Notes: generated from the letters alone by a model not told the origin. Shown: positions 18,480 to 29,053, numbered from the stretch's first letter. The stretch is DNA of 64,000 nucleotides from Acholeplasmataceae bacterium UBA2284 (GCA_002345705.1 DDWO01000023.1:69009-133008), one strand, 5' to 3'. Made by a program: numbers and translations.

Positions 18480-19826
18480 TTGTTTAATAGTACATATCTT
18501 ATTAATGTTTATGCGGATCTGTCTAAGCGCTATAGCGATCAACCAGAATTTCTTCAAGCAGTTGAAGAATTTTTAGAATCTATTGATTTGCTTGTAGATC
18601 AAGATCCAAGAATCCAAAAGAATGCAATCATAGAGCGTATTCTTGAACCAGAAAGAATGATTAAGTTTAGAGTTTCATGGGTAGATGATTCAGGCAAAGT
18701 CCAAGTGAATCGTGCGATGAGAGTTCAATTCAACTCTGCAATCGGACCATACAAAGGTGGTATACGTTTCCATCACTCAGTCAATGAGTCTATTATGAAG
18801 TTCTTAGCCTTTGAACAAACATTCAAAAACTCACTCACTTGCCTTCCAATGGGTGGAGCTAAGGGTGGCTCTGATTTTGATCCAGAAGGAAAGAGCGATA
18901 ATGAAATTATGCGTTTCTGCCAAAACTATATTCTTGAACTATATAGACATATCGGTCCAAGAATGGACGTACCTGCTGGAGATTTAGGTGTAGGTGCTAG
19001 AGAAATAGGATATCTCTATGGCATGTATAAGCGTATTGAAAACGAATTTAGTGGTACATTTACTTCAAAGGGTATTGAATCTGGGGGATCTCTAGGTAGA
19101 GCAGAAGCTACTGGATATGGTTTATGTTACTTTGTTGAAGAAATGCTAAGAGAATTCAAGAAAACAAACTTTAAGAATAAGAAAGTCATTATTAGTGGAG
19201 CAGGTAAGGTTGGATCCATGGCAGCAGAAAAAGCGATTGAACTTGGAGCTAAAGTTATTGCTATAAGTGATATTTCTGGTGTTATTCATGACGAAAATGG
19301 TATTGACATTGAATTAATTAAAAACCTTTCTAAAACGAATACAGTTGTTATTGAAAAGTATAAAACATATCATCCAGAAGCTATTTATAGCCCAAATCCT
19401 GTTGATATCTGGCAAATTCCATGTGATATCGCATTACCTTGTGCAACTCAAAATGAAATCTATTTAGATTCAGCTAAAGCTTTGGTTGCTAACGGATGCT
19501 ATTTAGTAGCTGAAGGTGCTAACATGCCAACAACGATTGAAGCGACTAGATATTTTAGAGAACATAACGTTCTATTTGGTCCAGGTAAAGCATCAAATGC
19601 TGGTGGGGTTGCTGTTTCAGGCTTAGAAATGACTCAAAATGCTACATTCCAAAACTGGAGCTTTGAAGAAGTAGATAAGAAACTTCATGAAATTATGAAG
19701 AAAATCTTTAAACGTGCTCACGAGGCTTCATTAACTTATACTGGAAAGCCTGATGATTTAATTACAGGAGCGAATATTGCTGGATTTATGAAGGTTTATC
19801 TTGCTATGCTTCAACAAGGCGTCTAA
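18480..19826 (+). CDS. gdhA: NADP-specific glutamate dehydrogenase
   Basis: QFNSAIGPYKGGIRFH, FEQTFKNSLT, GGAKGGSDF, DVPAGD, EATGYG, EGANMP. TTG at 18480 follows SD GAGAGG, preferred over 18429. Confidence 0.95.
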   Translation: MFNSTYLINVYADLSKRYSDQPEFLQAVEEFLESIDLLVDQDPRIQKNAIIERILEPERMIKFRVSWVDDSGKVQVNRAMRVQFNSAIGPYKGGIRFHHSVNESIMKFLAFEQTFKNSLTCLPMGGAKGGSDFDPEGKSDNEIMRFCQNYILELYRHIGPRMDVPAGDLGVGAREIGYLYGMYKRIENEFSGTFTSKGIESGGSLGRAEATGYGLCYFVEEMLREFKKTNFKNKKVIISGAGKVGSMAAEKAIELGAKVIAISDISGVIHDENGIDIELIKNLSKTNTVVIEKYKTYHPEAIYSPNPVDIWQIPCDIALPCATQNEIYLDSAKALVANGCYLVAEGANMPTTIEATRYFREHNVLFGPGKASNAGGVAVSGLEMTQNATFQNWSFEEVDKKLHEIMKKIFKRAHEASLTYTGKPDDLITGANIAGFMKVYLAMLQQGV

Positions 19827-19848
19827 TCACTAAATAATTAAAACTATC

Positions 19849-19892
19849 AAAAAGACTATTCTAATGCATTTTTGCTATAGATTAGTCTTTTT
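19849..19892 (+). terminator. Intrinsic terminator of gdhA
   Basis: aaaaagacta...tagtcttttt. Confidence 0.7.
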
Positions 19893-19999
19893 ATTTATAA
19901 ACATTATTTTCTATGCATTAAAGTGGAAAAAAGTTTCAGTTATTATAAAAACAAGACATCCTTTATATGATAAAATAATAACACTAAGGAGTTGATGAT

Positions 20000-20794
20000 A
20001 TGTATCCGTTCTTACTGCCTCAGATTTTTGGTTATACAATCCCAATGTATGATTTAATGATCTTAATTGGTATATTCTTTATGATTCTATACATCAGTAA
20101 TCGATTTGAAAAACAAGATGGTTATTCAAAGAAACAAACCAACCGATTACTCATATTAATTGCGATTAGTTTAGTGTTTGCACTTGTTTTCTCATTTTTA
20201 TTGGATGGAATCTTTCACTCCATAAAAGAAGGAGAATTAGAATTTGGTTCGATTAATTTTCTAGGAGCTTTAATTGGTGGTTTTGCAGCATTCATCGTTC
20301 TCATGAAGTATTACTATAAAGATGACAACAAGGACATGAAAAAGATTGCGAATACAGTCATTACTGGAGTTGTTCTTGCACATGCATTTGGTCGTATTGG
20401 ATGTTTCTTTGCAGGTTGCTGCTTTGGTATTCCAACTGAATCCTATTTAGGAGTTATATTTCCTCATGGACACGCGCATGATCTCTATCCGGATCAATCG
20501 GTTTATCCTACACAATTGTTTGAAGCTTCCTTCTTATTTATTTTATTCTTTGTTCTAAAAAATGTGAAGTTCTTTAAGAATAAAGAAGTTGAAACCTATT
20601 TAGTTGGATATGGTGTCTGGAGATTTTTAAATGAGTTTATCCGTGGTGATGAACGTGGTGTTATTTTCCCGCTATTTACAACTCAATATAATGTATATCC
20701 TACACCTTCACAATTCATGAGCTTTTTAATGATTGTTTTAGGATGTTATCTCATCTATAAGCATTTGAAGGCCAATAAGGCAGTCAATCATTAA
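20000..20794 (+). CDS. lgt: Prolipoprotein diacylglyceryl transferase family protein (divergent)
   Basis: MYP start, GRIGCFFAGCCFG, PTQLFE, YGVWRFLNEFIRGD. Confidence 0.8.
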   Translation: MYPFLLPQIFGYTIPMYDLMILIGIFFMILYISNRFEKQDGYSKKQTNRLLILIAISLVFALVFSFLLDGIFHSIKEGELEFGSINFLGALIGGFAAFIVLMKYYYKDDNKDMKKIANTVITGVVLAHAFGRIGCFFAGCCFGIPTESYLGVIFPHGHAHDLYPDQSVYPTQLFEASFLFILFFVLKNVKFFKNKEVETYLVGYGVWRFLNEFIRGDERGVIFPLFTTQYNVYPTPSQFMSFLMIVLGCYLIYKHLKANKAVNH

Positions 20795-20854
20795 ATATAA
20801 ATCGATGTTAATCTCAGCTAAGGAGTATTAACATCTTTTTCTTGAAAGAGTGTT

Positions 20855-21640
20855 ATGGAAAAAAAGAAGATCAATATTCAAACATATCATAAAATCATGA
20901 TTCTATCACTAATCACTTTGATGGTTATTTTTGCATTTGTTGATTTTCAATTGTATGAAAACACTAAAACTCAAACGATGATTACGAACTCGATACTAAG
21001 AACGCTAGGTGGATTAATTTTAATTGTTATTTTAATTGGGTTTGGCGAACAAAAAATTCTAAAATTTAAAAACGTATGGAAATCTCTTTTAATCATGATC
21101 CCTGCGTTCATTGTTTCTGTAAATAATTTCCCAATCATCGCATTCCTTGATGGAAGAGCTATACTAACAGAGCCAGTCTATCAAGTTTATTTATATTTAA
21201 TCGAATGCTTCAGTGTTGGGTTCTTTGAAGAAATAGTATTTAGAGGTATTTTACTCATCCTATTATTAAAGAAGTTTAAGAACCATCCAAACAAGGTTTT
21301 ATTATCAATTGTGATTTCATCTGTTATTTTTGGTTTATCACACATTGTCAATCTCTTTTATGGACTATCACTAGGTGACACCATGCTTCAAATTATGTAT
21401 TCATTCCTTGTTGGTATGCTATGGGCTATTATGTTTTTAAGAACTGGTAACCTTTGGCTAACGATGCTATTACATGCGACATTTAATTTCTTTGGCCAAG
21501 TGATGTTTTATTTAGGAACAGTAAATCACCGATATGATATTTATACAGTAATTATTACAATATTATTCGGTATTTTTGCAGCACTTTACTCAATCAAATT
21601 ATTAAAAGAAATAGATAAGAATCCTGTTTTGGACATATAA
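20855..21640 (+). CDS. CPBP (Abi/CAAX type II) intramembrane metalloprotease
   Basis: EEIVFRG, FGLSH, HATFN motifs; multi-TM. Confidence 0.9.
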   Translation: MEKKKINIQTYHKIMILSLITLMVIFAFVDFQLYENTKTQTMITNSILRTLGGLILIVILIGFGEQKILKFKNVWKSLLIMIPAFIVSVNNFPIIAFLDGRAILTEPVYQVYLYLIECFSVGFFEEIVFRGILLILLLKKFKNHPNKVLLSIVISSVIFGLSHIVNLFYGLSLGDTMLQIMYSFLVGMLWAIMFLRTGNLWLTMLLHATFNFFGQVMFYLGTVNHRYDIYTVIITILFGIFAALYSIKLLKEIDKNPVLDI

Positions 21641-21669
21641 AAACTTTTTTCCATAATTGTATAAGAAAG

Positions 21670-21698
21670 AAAAAAATCACTAACCAAGTGATTTTTTT
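21670..21698. terminator. Bidirectional terminator
   Basis: aaaaaaatcact-aacca-agtgattttttt. Confidence 0.8.
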
Positions 21699-21710
21699 GT
21701 ATGTATTTGC

Positions 21711-23228
21711 TTAAATTCTTTTATATGGTGTATAGCTTTCAGTTGCTTCAGTTAAAGGCTTTAATATTGTAAATGATTTTTTTGGTAGACGAATCTTAAG
21801 GAGTCCTGCTAGCATTTCCACCTTAACATGCTCTCCTAATATAGTTTTAAATTTAGAGTAATTCATTAAACTTGAATCTGGAACTAAAACAATGTCACTT
21901 ACATCTTCATTGGTAGGATTAATGAAAACTAATATTGTGTCAGATACTTGATCTGTATATCTTTCAAATGCAATTAAGCCTTCAGAATCAATAGCTAGAT
22001 AATCACCAACTTTAATAGCACGTTCATTTTGATGCAGGTCAATTAATGATTTGGTCCATTTCAACACCTTATTATCCTCTTTATTTAAATCCCATCTCAT
22101 TGGTGCTCTATTTAAAGGATCATTTCCACCTTCCATACCAAGCTCAGTTCCATAATATAGATTCGGTGAGCCTGGGAAAGTAAATTGCATAACCTGTGCT
22201 AGCATTTGGTCTTCAAAGGAAGGTAGTCTATGATTGATACGATCTGTATCATGATTATCCAAGACATTCCAAGATTTCAGTAGTCCATCAATTCCAGAAT
22301 CACTAACCATGTAATTCAATAGATGGTTTGTTCGCTTTGGAGAAAATTCACCTTTTATAGAGTTAAAAATAATTTCTCGTAGAGTGAAATTCATAACACC
22401 ATCCATAACACCTAACCACTCTTTAGGGTAGTTCCAGGTTTCACCAACAATGAGTGAGCCTTCCTTTTCTAGATGTGCATAGTCAGTTAACTCTCTTAAT
22501 ACTTGATAGCCAAGGTCAAATGCTACGTCAAGTCTCCATCCATCTACACCAGCCTTTAAATAAGTGCGGATAACAGAGTCTTCCTTTTTATATAAGAAGT
22601 CCTTTACAGCTGGATTTTCAAGGTTAAGCTCGGGTAAGCTATTAACATCCGCCCATAGTCTAACTCCCTTTGGATATTGATCTCCAAAGTAGAACCAATC
22701 ACGATAATGACTATTTGGATTTAAGGCGTCTTGAAAGAGTGTTGAACCAACACCCATATGGTTGAAAACACCATCAAGAATAATCTTCATATTCATTTGA
22801 TGAAGCTCATTTGATAAACTAATGAGATCCTCAAATGTGCCATACTCATTAGATATCTTTAAATAGTCAGTAGCATCATATTTATGATTCGATAAGGATT
22901 CAAAAATTGGGTTTAAATATAAGACATCAATATTTAAGGTTTTTAGATAATCGAGTTTTGTAGCTAAGCTATTGAGATCTCCACCAAAATATTCAAGTTC
23001 ATGACTCCAATATTTGACATCAGGCATAAAATGTCCAGGCATAGGCATATCATTCCAGGACTTTAAAATCTTAGGATATGCATATAAATCCTTTTTCTCT
23101 TCTAGTTTTACGCTTTGGACAAATCGGTCGACTAAAACCTGATAAACGATAGCTCCGTTTCTAAAGTCTTGTTCTCTACTTTGGTATTTATTTGTAATAT
23201 GTATATTACTAGTTGTTTTCATGTGCAT
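21711..23228 (-). CDS. GH13 glycosidase (neopullulanase/cyclomaltodextrinase-like, cytoplasmic)
   Basis: YQVLVDRF, LDGVFNH, GWRLDVA, GETW, LDNHD, YYGTE: GH13 conserved regions intact. Confidence 0.9.
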   Translation of the reverse strand: MHMKTTSNIHITNKYQSREQDFRNGAIVYQVLVDRFVQSVKLEEKKDLYAYPKILKSWNDMPMPGHFMPDVKYWSHELEYFGGDLNSLATKLDYLKTLNIDVLYLNPIFESLSNHKYDATDYLKISNEYGTFEDLISLSNELHQMNMKIILDGVFNHMGVGSTLFQDALNPNSHYRDWFYFGDQYPKGVRLWADVNSLPELNLENPAVKDFLYKKEDSVIRTYLKAGVDGWRLDVAFDLGYQVLRELTDYAHLEKEGSLIVGETWNYPKEWLGVMDGVMNFTLREIIFNSIKGEFSPKRTNHLLNYMVSDSGIDGLLKSWNVLDNHDTDRINHRLPSFEDQMLAQVMQFTFPGSPNLYYGTELGMEGGNDPLNRAPMRWDLNKEDNKVLKWTKSLIDLHQNERAIKVGDYLAIDSEGLIAFERYTDQVSDTILVFINPTNEDVSDIVLVPDSSLMNYSKFKTILGEHVKVEMLAGLLKIRLPKKSFTILKPLTEATESYTPYKRI

Positions 23229-23554
23229 TCATTTCCTTTTTTTGCTTATTTAATAGACTATAGCATTCTTTTTTCAGTTTAGGTTACTAATAATCCAATT
23301 TCATCCTATGGATTAATACATAAGATTCTCGGATTATTTTCAGATGGTTTAATCTGATTAACCAGTGTCCTATTGAATTAAAACCGGGTTAAAACTACTA
23401 AGTTATGTATTCATTATAACTTTTTTAGTACGATAAATACAAACATATTATTGAATACAAGCATCTAAACTGTGCTGATTATAGGCATATTATACAAAAC
23501 CAATATTATGCGATATAATGAGTCTATGAAAATACATTACATGGAGGTTATATT

Positions 23555-24559
23555 ATGAAAGTTTTGTTTATTGGTGGAACAGGATTAATTAGTACTGCGG
23601 TTAGCGAACTAGCAGTCCAAAAAGGAATTGATTTGACACTAATGAATCGTGGTCAAAGAAAAGATGGGTTATCTGAAAAAATCGAACGCATTCACTGTGA
23701 TATTTATGATTTAAATGCTGTTCAAAAGGCATTAGTCAATCGTCATTTTGATGCGATAGTTGATTGGATTGCTTTTGTTCCAGAGCATGTGGAAAGAGAT
23801 TACAAACTTTTCAAGGGGCATACCGACCAGTATGTATTTATCAGCAGTGCTTCAGCTTACCAAAAACCAATACCTAAATTGCCGATAACAGAAAAAGAAG
23901 TTCCACTTGACAATCCATTTTGGGAATATAGCAAAAATAAACAAAGATGTGAAGAATATTTGCAAAGCTTAATAGATGATCAATTTCCTGTAACGATCAT
24001 TAGACCCTCTCATACATATAATGAACAGTCTGTTGTATCACAATTAAACAGTTGGCCTCACCCATATACACTCATTCATCGTATGAAACAAAATAAACCA
24101 GTTATTATTGCAGATCAAGGTCAATCACTTTGGACACTAACCTATAACAAAGATTTTGCTCATGCATTCTTAGATATTTTAGGTAATCCAAAAACATATG
24201 GCGAAGTCTATCACTTAACCTCTGATAAGAGCTATAATTGGCTAGAAATTCATAGTATGCTTGAAGAGGCTATTGGTGTTAAGTCAGAAATAGTTTTTGT
24301 CCCTTCTCAAAAGATTGTTGAAGTTTTTCCTGAGTATAAGGGTGCATTACTAGGTGACATGATGGGTAGTGCTCTTTTTGATAATAGTAAGATTAAAGAA
24401 GTTGCTCCAAATTACCTATCAAAAACTGAATATAAGGATATAGCAAAAAAGGTAGTTCAATTTTATGAAAGTCATCCAGAAAATCAAACAATTGATGAAG
24501 ATTTTTACCAACGATATGATAAACTTGTCGAAAGATATCGATTAAAAGGAAGGGGATAA
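23555..24559 (+). CDS. NAD-dependent epimerase/dehydratase (extended SDR)
   Basis: GGTGLIS, FISSAS, YSKNK, IRPSHTY. Confidence 0.9.
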   Translation: MKVLFIGGTGLISTAVSELAVQKGIDLTLMNRGQRKDGLSEKIERIHCDIYDLNAVQKALVNRHFDAIVDWIAFVPEHVERDYKLFKGHTDQYVFISSASAYQKPIPKLPITEKEVPLDNPFWEYSKNKQRCEEYLQSLIDDQFPVTIIRPSHTYNEQSVVSQLNSWPHPYTLIHRMKQNKPVIIADQGQSLWTLTYNKDFAHAFLDILGNPKTYGEVYHLTSDKSYNWLEIHSMLEEAIGVKSEIVFVPSQKIVEVFPEYKGALLGDMMGSALFDNSKIKEVAPNYLSKTEYKDIAKKVVQFYESHPENQTIDEDFYQRYDKLVERYRLKGRG

Positions 24560-24560
24560 C

Positions 24561-25523
24561 ATGTCAAAAAACTATCAAAAACTAACAAAAGCTGAATTAA
24601 TTCAAGAAATTGAAGAGCTGAAAAAACTATTAGAAGAAGAAATTAAGTATAACAATGAAGAATTTCTTGTCCAATTTCCTTGGGCAGGAAATTTAGGACA
24701 ATGGAAATGGTTTTATGAAGATAATAAAGTTATATACAATGAGAAAAAGGTAACTCAACTTGGATATGACCCAAAAGTTATTGGAGATGTTGGATTTCAA
24801 TTTTTCACTGAAAAACTACATCCAAATGACTATGAAGGAGTCATGGATAATATGAGAAATCATTTGATGGGAAAGACCGGTGCCTATGAGGTTGAATATC
24901 GTATTCAACATAAGGATGGACATTATATTTGGTATTATGATCGTGGAACAGTTACCAAAAGAGATTCTTTAGGAAAGCCTCAAATCATTCAAGGTATTGT
25001 GTTTGATATATCTGAATCGAAAAGGGTTGAGCAAAGATTAAGAGACCTATCAGAAAAGGATGCTTTAACAGAAATATACAATCGCAGAACATTCTATGTA
25101 AAGGTTGAAGAATTAATTGAGTTATGCAATAACAAGAAAACTCCGTTTTCCTTAGTTATGTTTGATATAGATAATTTTAAGCATATCAATGATACCTATG
25201 GCCATTTAGTTGGTGACGATGTTCTAAAAATCATTACTGAATTAATTAATGATGATAAAAGACATAAAGATCAAATTTTTAGATTTGGTGGTGAAGAATT
25301 TTTCTTAGTATTACCAAATACTAAAATGGATGGAGCAATAAAAGTAGCCAATAGAATCCATGAGATGATAGGTAATTTAAATATGCCTAAGGTTGGCAAG
25401 GTTACGGTAAGTATGGGTGTGGTTGAATATATTGAAAATGAATCCATAGATAATTCGATTAAACGTGTAGATGATTTAATGTATGCTGCTAAAAAACTAG
25501 GAAAAAATCAAGTCGCTTATTAA
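24561..25523 (+). CDS. PAS-GGDEF diguanylate cyclase
   Basis: PAS/PAC (LHPND, EYRIQHKDGHYIW); DALTEIYNRR; RHKD I-site five residues before GGEEF. Confidence 0.92.
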   Translation: MSKNYQKLTKAELIQEIEELKKLLEEEIKYNNEEFLVQFPWAGNLGQWKWFYEDNKVIYNEKKVTQLGYDPKVIGDVGFQFFTEKLHPNDYEGVMDNMRNHLMGKTGAYEVEYRIQHKDGHYIWYYDRGTVTKRDSLGKPQIIQGIVFDISESKRVEQRLRDLSEKDALTEIYNRRTFYVKVEELIELCNNKKTPFSLVMFDIDNFKHINDTYGHLVGDDVLKIITELINDDKRHKDQIFRFGGEEFFLVLPNTKMDGAIKVANRIHEMIGNLNMPKVGKVTVSMGVVEYIENESIDNSIKRVDDLMYAAKKLGKNQVAY

Positions 25524-25604
25524 GATTATATTAAGTCGTGTTTTTCTAATTATTCTATATGTTAAAATACATATGATACATACGCTTAAACACGAGGAGA
25601 TAAA

Positions 25605-27140
25605 ATGCAAACAATACTTGAACTCATATTGATTTTAATATTATTCTTATCCGTTATTCCTGTTATTAATATGTTTCGTAATCGAGCAGACAGTAAATAT
25701 ACTTGTCTAAAGTTTTTAATCTACTCGACATTTTTTTGGACCTTACTTATTGTTATTGAACGGTTGTCAACAAACACTTTTTTAATATATTATTCAGGGA
25801 TGTTAGGCTACCCACTAAGACTGCTGTTTGCATCACTGATGTTATGTACGATTTATCAATATGTAGAGAAAAAACTTCCAAAGTCATTTCAGTTAATTCT
25901 TGGATTATTGATTTTAATTGACTTGTTTTTAGCACTAACAAACTCACAAACCTTATGGTTTCTAAAACTTAGCTATTCTGAATTAAATACATTCAACGAT
26001 TTATACACCTCGAATTTTGGACCATTATTTGTCTATCATTTGATTATTAGTTATGCAGTCGCATTGATTGCTATAGCTCTTTTATTTATTTTTCTAGCTA
26101 AGCAAAAAGGGATTAGACAGTATAAAGAAGTAACAAGAATGATGGCAATCAGTGTTCTTGTCGTATTAGTTTTCAATGTATTGCAACTATTCTTTGTTAC
26201 CATCAATGTCAATCTGACTTATATATCCTTAGTATTTGTTGCATTTATTTTATATGATGTTATCTATAGAAAAGATATGGTATTCAACATAAGAGCTTCT
26301 GGAAGAAGTGAAATCTTAGCCAATATGAGAGAGATGTATGTATTAACCGATGCAAATAGAAGAATTATCGAGATAAGTTCACTTCTGCTCAAAAAATATG
26401 ATTTAAAGGCTGAAAATGTAATTAGTAAACCTTTTGATGTTGTTGCAGCAATGATATCAGACAGAGTAACATTATATAGTGAATACAACATGGAAGAAGA
26501 ATCAAGCATCGAAAAAGATCATTATCATTTAAGAGAAAAAGAATTTAAGCTAAAGGGCATGAATGAATCAGGCTATATGATATTACTTTATGATGAGACT
26601 CAAGTATATAATTTACTCAGAGAATTAAACCATTTAAGCAATTATGATACGATGACAGGACTTAACAATCGTAATTATATAGAGCATAAGCTCTACGATA
26701 TCAAAGACACAAAAAATATCGGTGTTTTCTCACTAGACCTAAACGGTTTAAAGATTAATAATGACTATTTAGGACATGAGCGTGGAGATTACTTATTAAA
26801 AACACTTTCTACAAAGCTAAAGAAAGTCTTTGCAGACACACCTAGAAAAGAAATAGCAAGAATTGGTGGAGATGAGTTTCTGATCATTACTTATGATGAA
26901 AATTTAGAGGTATTGAATCAGAAAATGAATGAATTATTGCTCGAGTGCGAGCATGAAGAAATAGAGAAGACAATTAGTGTTTCTGTCGGACTTGCATATG
27001 ATAGCATAGGTGATAGCAATATTTTCAGTCTTATCCAAAATGCAGATGCACAAATGTATGAGATGAAATCGAGTGTTTCAAAAATCTATAAGAAAAACAT
27101 GATTGAATTTATTAAACTTCAAGATAAATTTATTAGATAA
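25605..27140 (+). CDS. 7TM-sensor (HisKA_7TM-like) GGDEF diguanylate cyclase
   Basis: About 7 TM helices with GPLFVYH motif, PAS-like linker, DTMTGLNNR, DLNGLKINNDYLGH..GD, RIGGDEF. Confidence 0.9.
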   Translation: MQTILELILILILFLSVIPVINMFRNRADSKYTCLKFLIYSTFFWTLLIVIERLSTNTFLIYYSGMLGYPLRLLFASLMLCTIYQYVEKKLPKSFQLILGLLILIDLFLALTNSQTLWFLKLSYSELNTFNDLYTSNFGPLFVYHLIISYAVALIAIALLFIFLAKQKGIRQYKEVTRMMAISVLVVLVFNVLQLFFVTINVNLTYISLVFVAFILYDVIYRKDMVFNIRASGRSEILANMREMYVLTDANRRIIEISSLLLKKYDLKAENVISKPFDVVAAMISDRVTLYSEYNMEEESSIEKDHYHLREKEFKLKGMNESGYMILLYDETQVYNLLRELNHLSNYDTMTGLNNRNYIEHKLYDIKDTKNIGVFSLDLNGLKINNDYLGHERGDYLLKTLSTKLKKVFADTPRKEIARIGGDEFLIITYDENLEVLNQKMNELLLECEHEEIEKTISVSVGLAYDSIGDSNIFSLIQNADAQMYEMKSSVSKIYKKNMIEFIKLQDKFIR

Positions 27141-27320
27141 GCATTAAGATAAAAATCACTAACGACTATCTTAAAAAGAAGGAAGTCTTGTGGTTATCTT
27201 AGGATTAAGAACAGTGTTAACGTTTTTACATTAAACATTACAAAGAAACCTTGTAATTTAAGAGAAGCTATTCTATAATGGTTTTGTATTCTACAACTGA
27301 ATCGATGAAATATCACAATT

Positions 27321-27395
27321 TTTTCTTATATAATCGGGGAGATATGGTCCCAAAGTTTCTACCTGTATACCGTAAATATACAGACTATGAGAGAA
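27321..27395 (+). ncRNA. Purine riboswitch, guanine-sensing
   Basis: TATAAT-cggga-like P2-GATATGG...AGTTTCTACC-tgtata-CCGTAAA-tataca-GACTATGAG matches the xpt-type aptamer; discriminator C (GAC) indicates guanine; lies directly upstream of purE. Confidence 0.95.
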
Positions 27396-27409
27396 GTTTT
27401 TTGTACTTT

Positions 27410-27448
27410 AAAGTGCGAGCTTCTTTTGTTCGTGCTTTTTTATTTTTT
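27410..27448 (+). terminator. Riboswitch expression-platform terminator
   Basis: aaagtgcgagc...gttcgtgcttt followed by T tracts, between aptamer and purE SD. Confidence 0.75.
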
Positions 27449-27466
27449 AAACGGAGGTTTTAAGGT

Positions 27467-27946
27467 ATGATACCAAAAATTGCAATTATTATGGGTAGTA
27501 AATCAGATTATTCGACAATGAAGGAAGCAGAAACTATTTTAGACTCATTCGATATATCCTATGTGACAAAAATAGTGTCTGCACATCGTACTCCAGACGT
27601 AATGTTTGAGTTTGCAGAAGATGCAGCAAATCAAGGTATCGAAGTTATTATTGCAGGTGCAGGTGGAGCAGCACACCTTCCAGGGATGGTCGCATCCAAA
27701 ACAATATTACCTGTTTTAGGTGTACCTATTCAAAGCAAGGAGCTTAACGGTATTGATTCACTACTATCTATTGCTCAAATGCCATTTGGTATTCCAGTTG
27801 GTACACTTGCAATTGGTGTCGCAGGTGCTAAAAATGCAGCCCTACTCGCTTGTCAAATTCTTGCATTGAATGATGAAAGCCTTAGAAAAAAATTAAGTGA
27901 TTTTAGACAGAAACAAACAGAAAAGGTGCTACAGGATGTCCTCTAA
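27467..27946 (+). CDS. purE: N5-CAIR mutase
   Basis: [34 protein letters not shown]. Confidence 0.97.
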   Translation: MIPKIAIIMGSKSDYSTMKEAETILDSFDISYVTKIVSAHRTPDVMFEFAEDAANQGIEVIIAGAGGAAHLPGMVASKTILPVLGVPIQSKELNGIDSLLSIAQMPFGIPVGTLAIGVAGAKNAALLACQILALNDESLRKKLSDFRQKQTEKVLQDVL

Positions 27947-29051
27947 TATAATTTTACCTCCAGCAACAATTGGCATTATAGGTGGCGGACAATTGGGTAG
28001 AATGCTTGCTATGTCAGCTAGACAAATGGGCTACCAAATAATTGTTTTAGACCCTAAGGTATCTTGTCCAACCTGTCAAGTTGCTGATCAGCATATTCTT
28101 GCACAATTTGATGATCAAGAGGCACTCAAAAAACTATATGATTTATGTGATGTAATTACATATGAATTTGAAAATGTTTCAGGAACTGCCTTATTTGAAA
28201 TTATTGATAAAGTACCTCAAGGAAATTTCCCTTTACTATTTACTCAAGACCGACTAACTGAAAAGACAATTATTAATGATTCAGGTTTTAAAACGGTTAG
28301 ATATCAAACAGTTAACAATCAAGAAGATTTAAAAAAAGCATTAAAAAATATAGGATCACCTTCATTACTTAAAACAAGACACGGTGGATATGATGGAAAA
28401 GGGCAGCAGTTTATTACAAGTAATGCTGACTCGACCGAGGTCATGGGACCATCCATATTAGAAGCATTCATTCCAATTCAGAAAGAAGTTTCCTTGATTG
28501 TTACAAGATCAACTCAAGGTGAAATCAAAATGTTTCCAATTATCGATAATGTGCATCAATCTCAGCGATTAATCGAGTCCTCAGTTCCAACAACATTAAA
28601 TCTTGAAATGACAAAAAAGATTCAAGAGATAGGAAAAGGATTAGTAGAAGCCATTCAAATGACAGGAACATTGACAATTGAATTTTTTATCACAAAGGAT
28701 AATGAAATATTAATCAATGAATGTGCCCCTCGAGTTCATAATTCAGGACATTTAACCATTGAGGCGTGTAATGTAAGTCAATTTGAACAGCATATTAGAG
28801 CTATATGTGGATTACCACTAAAAGAAACTGACATCATCTCAAATAGCTTAATGGTGAATATCTATGGACAAGATTTCGAGGCTTCTAAACAAGCATTAAA
28901 GGATAAGCCAGAAATACATTATCATTTATATGGAAAAAAAGAGATGAAAACAAATCGAAAAGTTGGACATATTACAGTGACTTCATCATCTCTTGATGAT
29001 ATCGAATCATATAAAAAATACTTTAAAAGCTTTTTGAATAGGGGAAATTGA
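27936..29051 (+). CDS. purK: N5-CAIR synthetase
   Basis: [40 protein letters not shown] 27936 overlaps the purE end. Confidence 0.96.
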   Translation: MSSNIILPPATIGIIGGGQLGRMLAMSARQMGYQIIVLDPKVSCPTCQVADQHILAQFDDQEALKKLYDLCDVITYEFENVSGTALFEIIDKVPQGNFPLLFTQDRLTEKTIINDSGFKTVRYQTVNNQEDLKKALKNIGSPSLLKTRHGGYDGKGQQFITSNADSTEVMGPSILEAFIPIQKEVSLIVTRSTQGEIKMFPIIDNVHQSQRLIESSVPTTLNLEMTKKIQEIGKGLVEAIQMTGTLTIEFFITKDNEILINECAPRVHNSGHLTIEACNVSQFEQHIRAICGLPLKETDIISNSLMVNIYGQDFEASKQALKDKPEIHYHLYGKKEMKTNRKVGHITVTSSSLDDIESYKKYFKSFLNRGN

Positions 29052-29053
29052 TT

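Noticed and set aside
21671..27163. aaaaatcactaac occurring at about 21672 and 27151
   Set aside because: Short, AT-rich and in different structural contexts; compatible with chance.
27278..27463. 61-aa ORF upstream of purE
   Set aside because: Runs through the purine riboswitch and its terminator; no convincing SD; the RNA explains the sequence.
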